From: Phyllosticta citribraziliensis
Taxonomy: Eukaryota
Reading direction: 5' to 3'
Assembly (NCBI RefSeq): GCF_038025025.1
Contig: NW_027117349.1
Span: 1,415,839-1,435,838, forward strand
DNA length: 20,000 nt
Part shown: positions 17,492 through 20,000 of the stretch, piece by piece
Numbering within the stretch: position 1 is the first letter of the stretch
How the letters are laid out: each line of letters begins with the position of its first letter
The notes under the pieces: generated by a model
What the model was told of the DNA's origin: nothing
Databases searched by the model: none
Seen by the model: the letters and a program-made list of their open reading frames with translations, nothing else
Made by a program: the position numbers and the translations under genes

Positions 17492-19700
17492 TTAAGTATC
17501 TCTTTTTACTATCTCTAACTACTTCTATAATTATATTATTTATATTATAATAATTATATACCCCTTAAGCCTATTCCTTTATAATATTACTATTTTATCT
17601 ATTATACTAAATATCTACTCTACCTTAGATAATATAGCTAGTACTAAGAAGATATTAAGTATTATTTATAAAAGATAAGGATAGTACCTCTAATAGCTAT
17701 ACTAATATAAGAGTAGGTTTTAGCTATTATATTTTATATAAAAGGGCTTACTTATCTACTACTAAAGCTTATTAGCTAGAGTAGTATTATCTTTCTATAT
17801 TTAAATTAAGGTTATAAGGAAGATATTATAGGTTTAATAATTTATAACTTTAAATCTTTTAAATAGCTATTTTTATAGCTCTTCTTATACTATATCTTTC
17901 TTATAATACTTTTAGAGTTTCTAGAGATTTATCCTTATAATATCTAATAATATTTAATAGGTTTTATACTATTAATCCTAGATCTAGGCCTACCTTATTT
18001 AAGGGTAAAAAATATAGAAAATAATATAAATAGGAGAGTTATCTAGCTTAGTATAATATTATTTAAGCTTTTTCCTTATATACTTAATATTAGCTTTAAA
18101 ATTCTTATTAACTTTAGTAGCTATATCCTTAACTTTATTAAGGTAGTAGTATAGATATTCTATTATAAGAAGTATCTCCTAAATAGATCTATATATACCT
18201 AAGTTTAAATTACCTTTAAAGTATAGGGTAATCTCTTTAAACTTTTAAAGTATAAGATAATAACTCTTAAGGGAAACCTATTTATCTATAAAAAGTATAT
18301 TATTAAAGATAGAGGGCTAAGTCTTTTTAAATAATAGAATAGCCTATAACTATTCTAGTTCTACTTCTACTTCTAGCTCTAGTAGTAGTAGTAGCTATAA
18401 TTAGGATTATTATAAATAAGAGGAGTAAATAGCTAGATATACTACTAGATATACTATTAGATATACTACTAGATATACTACCCTTTTATTTATTTAAGGT
18501 ATTAGCTTATAAATAATATATTTATAAGACTCTTTAATTATAAGTAGTTTAATTATCTATTAAAGCTAGAGTATATATTTAATTATAGTATTTATTAAAT
18601 TCTACCTTATTATATTATTAAGGACTATATTATATATAGTATCTTTAAAGCTAATAGTACCTTTTTAAGAGCTATAAAGGTAAGTTAATAGTAGTAGTAA
18701 TTAGTAAATCTAGTAGATAATATTATAGAGTTTTCTAATTATACCCTTCTTATACTACTTATTTAGATATTTATTTAATATATTATCTCTATTAAGTATA
18801 TTAATATCTATCCTAAAGAGGAGTTCCTTATAGATAAGGTTTATAATATAGCCTATATATCTAAGCTAGTACTATTCTAGATTAAAGTAAAACTTATAGA
18901 AGAGAGTCTTAATATATATATTATTATTATTTATATTATTTATAATAAAATACCTAACCTTCTTATTAAAACTCTAGTAATTAATAATATTTATAACCTC
19001 CTCTATAAGATTATCTCTAGTATACTAGTTATTAAGTATAGGAAGTCTAATAAGGAAGCTTTTATAAATTAACTTAATATTAATAAAATAGACTAGGACT
19101 CTAAGAAGCTAGATATTATTATATATAGTCTATATATTAAGGAAGATATAAATAAGACTAGGTATATTTATAAAAATATTAGTAATAACTCCTTAGTAGT
19201 ACTAGAATTTATCTTTAATATAGTTATAAATAGTAGAGTAAGATAGGCTAATATTTAAGACTATAAAGTTAAGATAGCTTAAGATAGTATAGAGTTTAAG
19301 ATTTTTAAGGTATTAAAATAGCTAATTATTATATATAATAAAGTTAATAAGTAGCTACTTAAAGAAGTTTTAATTAAAATTTAAAATAAATATATTAATT
19401 ACTTACTACTTAGAAGGGATATTTAGATTTAGCTAAAGCTAGTATATAATTAAGGGTATTAATATCTAAGATTACCTACTAGAAGGGTTATATATTTAGT
19501 ATCTCTTAACTAGATATATAGCCTAGTTTACTATACCCTTATTTATAAATATAAAGCTAGAGATAGGATACTTCTTCCTTTAAATATAGATCTTATTATA
19601 ATAGGCGTATATATACCTATATAAGTACTAGGGCTAGTATAGATAAACCTAGTATTATATAATTATAGGAAGTATAAGCCTTACCTTAGATAGTAGCCTA
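17492..19700 (-). pseudogene. RIP-inactivated hAT (Restless/Tfo1-like) transposase; 5' start not resolved
   Basis: After reverting transitions, one frame gives: HLxKRH (BED-like, 19516-19499), IHISLDxWT (D at 19138), HTGDNL, GYFxTDNAxNND (18955), RLRCxGHIxNL (about 18862), GKLHNI, DNxTRWNS (R at 18607), GSIWExLPxMEYL (W at 18181), YYxKLDxSPxY...HP (18007), YPxLxxMALDIFSVPAMSSEVERIFS (17683-17606), RNRL (17578), SW, and a stop at 17494-17492. All codon starts are congruent mod 3. Confidence 0.9.
18433..18480. repeat. 12-bp tandem repeat (CTAGATATACTA x4) inside the transposase frame
   Basis: ctagatatacta ctagatatacta ttagatatacta ctagatatacta. Confidence 0.9.
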
Positions 19701-19720
19701 CTATAGCTTAGGCTAAAACC

Positions 19721-19767
19721 TATAGGCTAGTACTAGCTACTATAGCCTAGTACTAGCTACTATAGCC
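19721..19767. repeat. 20-bp tandem repeat (x2.3) near the 5' end of the transposase
   Basis: tataggctagtactagctac tatagcctagtactagctac tatagcc. Confidence 0.85.
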
Positions 19768-20000
19768 CTAGGTAGATACTATATAATAGCCTATTAATAC
19801 CTTACCTTTATAACTTACCTAATAATAACTAAGGACCCTTATATAAAGGATAAAAGGTAGAATAGTATAAAGAAAGGACTAGGAAATATATAAGTAGTAA
19901 GTATCTTTTATATTTTATTCTTTTAACTTATTAGATTTAATTAAGATATATATATATTCTCTAGTAGTTTACCTTTAGCCCTTATCTATATTACGACTTA

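Larger units (their letters stand above)
16961..20000. mobile_element. AT-rich RIP-mutated transposon block containing a hAT-superfamily DNA transposon; runs off the window end
   Basis: Abrupt loss of GC, near-absence of CpA, TpG and CpG, huge excess of TpA, and no ORFs of 60 aa or more. hAT transposase motifs are recoverable on the minus strand. Confidence 0.93.

Noticed and set aside
18433..18480. CRISPR-like array
   Set aside because: Head-to-tail 12-bp units without spacers, in eukaryotic DNA, inside a transposase frame.
16961..20000. Mitochondrial insertion, contaminant, centromere core or LTR/LINE retroelement as the source of the AT-rich block
   Set aside because: Specific CpA/TpG depletion with TpA excess indicates RIP, and the recoverable motifs are hAT transposase rather than RT, integrase or mitochondrial genes.

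Overview
Eukaryotic genomic DNA from a filamentous ascomycete. The short GT-AG introns have CTRAC-type branch sites, and there is a RIP-mutated block; a Dothideomycete-like origin is inferred, not proven. The window has three zones. (1) 1.5-12.1 kb is a GC-rich core block: a 4-exon DUF1295 membrane protein gene (-) head-to-head with 4-exon DNA topoisomerase III (+), an Stb3/Sin3-binding protein gene (+), and a 2-exon Pca1-type heavy-metal P1B-ATPase gene (+) with a very Cys-rich N-terminus. (2) 12.1-16.9 kb is an accessory or decaying zone: a small 4-exon orphan membrane-protein gene (-) that the ORF track does not assemble, and a divergent disrupted DUF3716-like Cys-cluster/coiled-coil gene (+). 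(3) From about 16.96 kb to the end is an AT-rich, RIP-devastated block with no ORFs. Reading its minus strand and reverting C>T/G>A changes recovers a hAT-superfamily transposase whose BED-like finger, DDE core and C-terminal dimerisation motifs all lie in one frame over more than 2 kb. About 200 bp beyond the transposase stop is a near-perfect palindrome with 80-bp arms. I cannot demonstrate a wholly new biological system here; the best leads are the orphan membrane gene, the resurrectable hAT fossil with its palindrome, and the DUF3716-like pseudogene.
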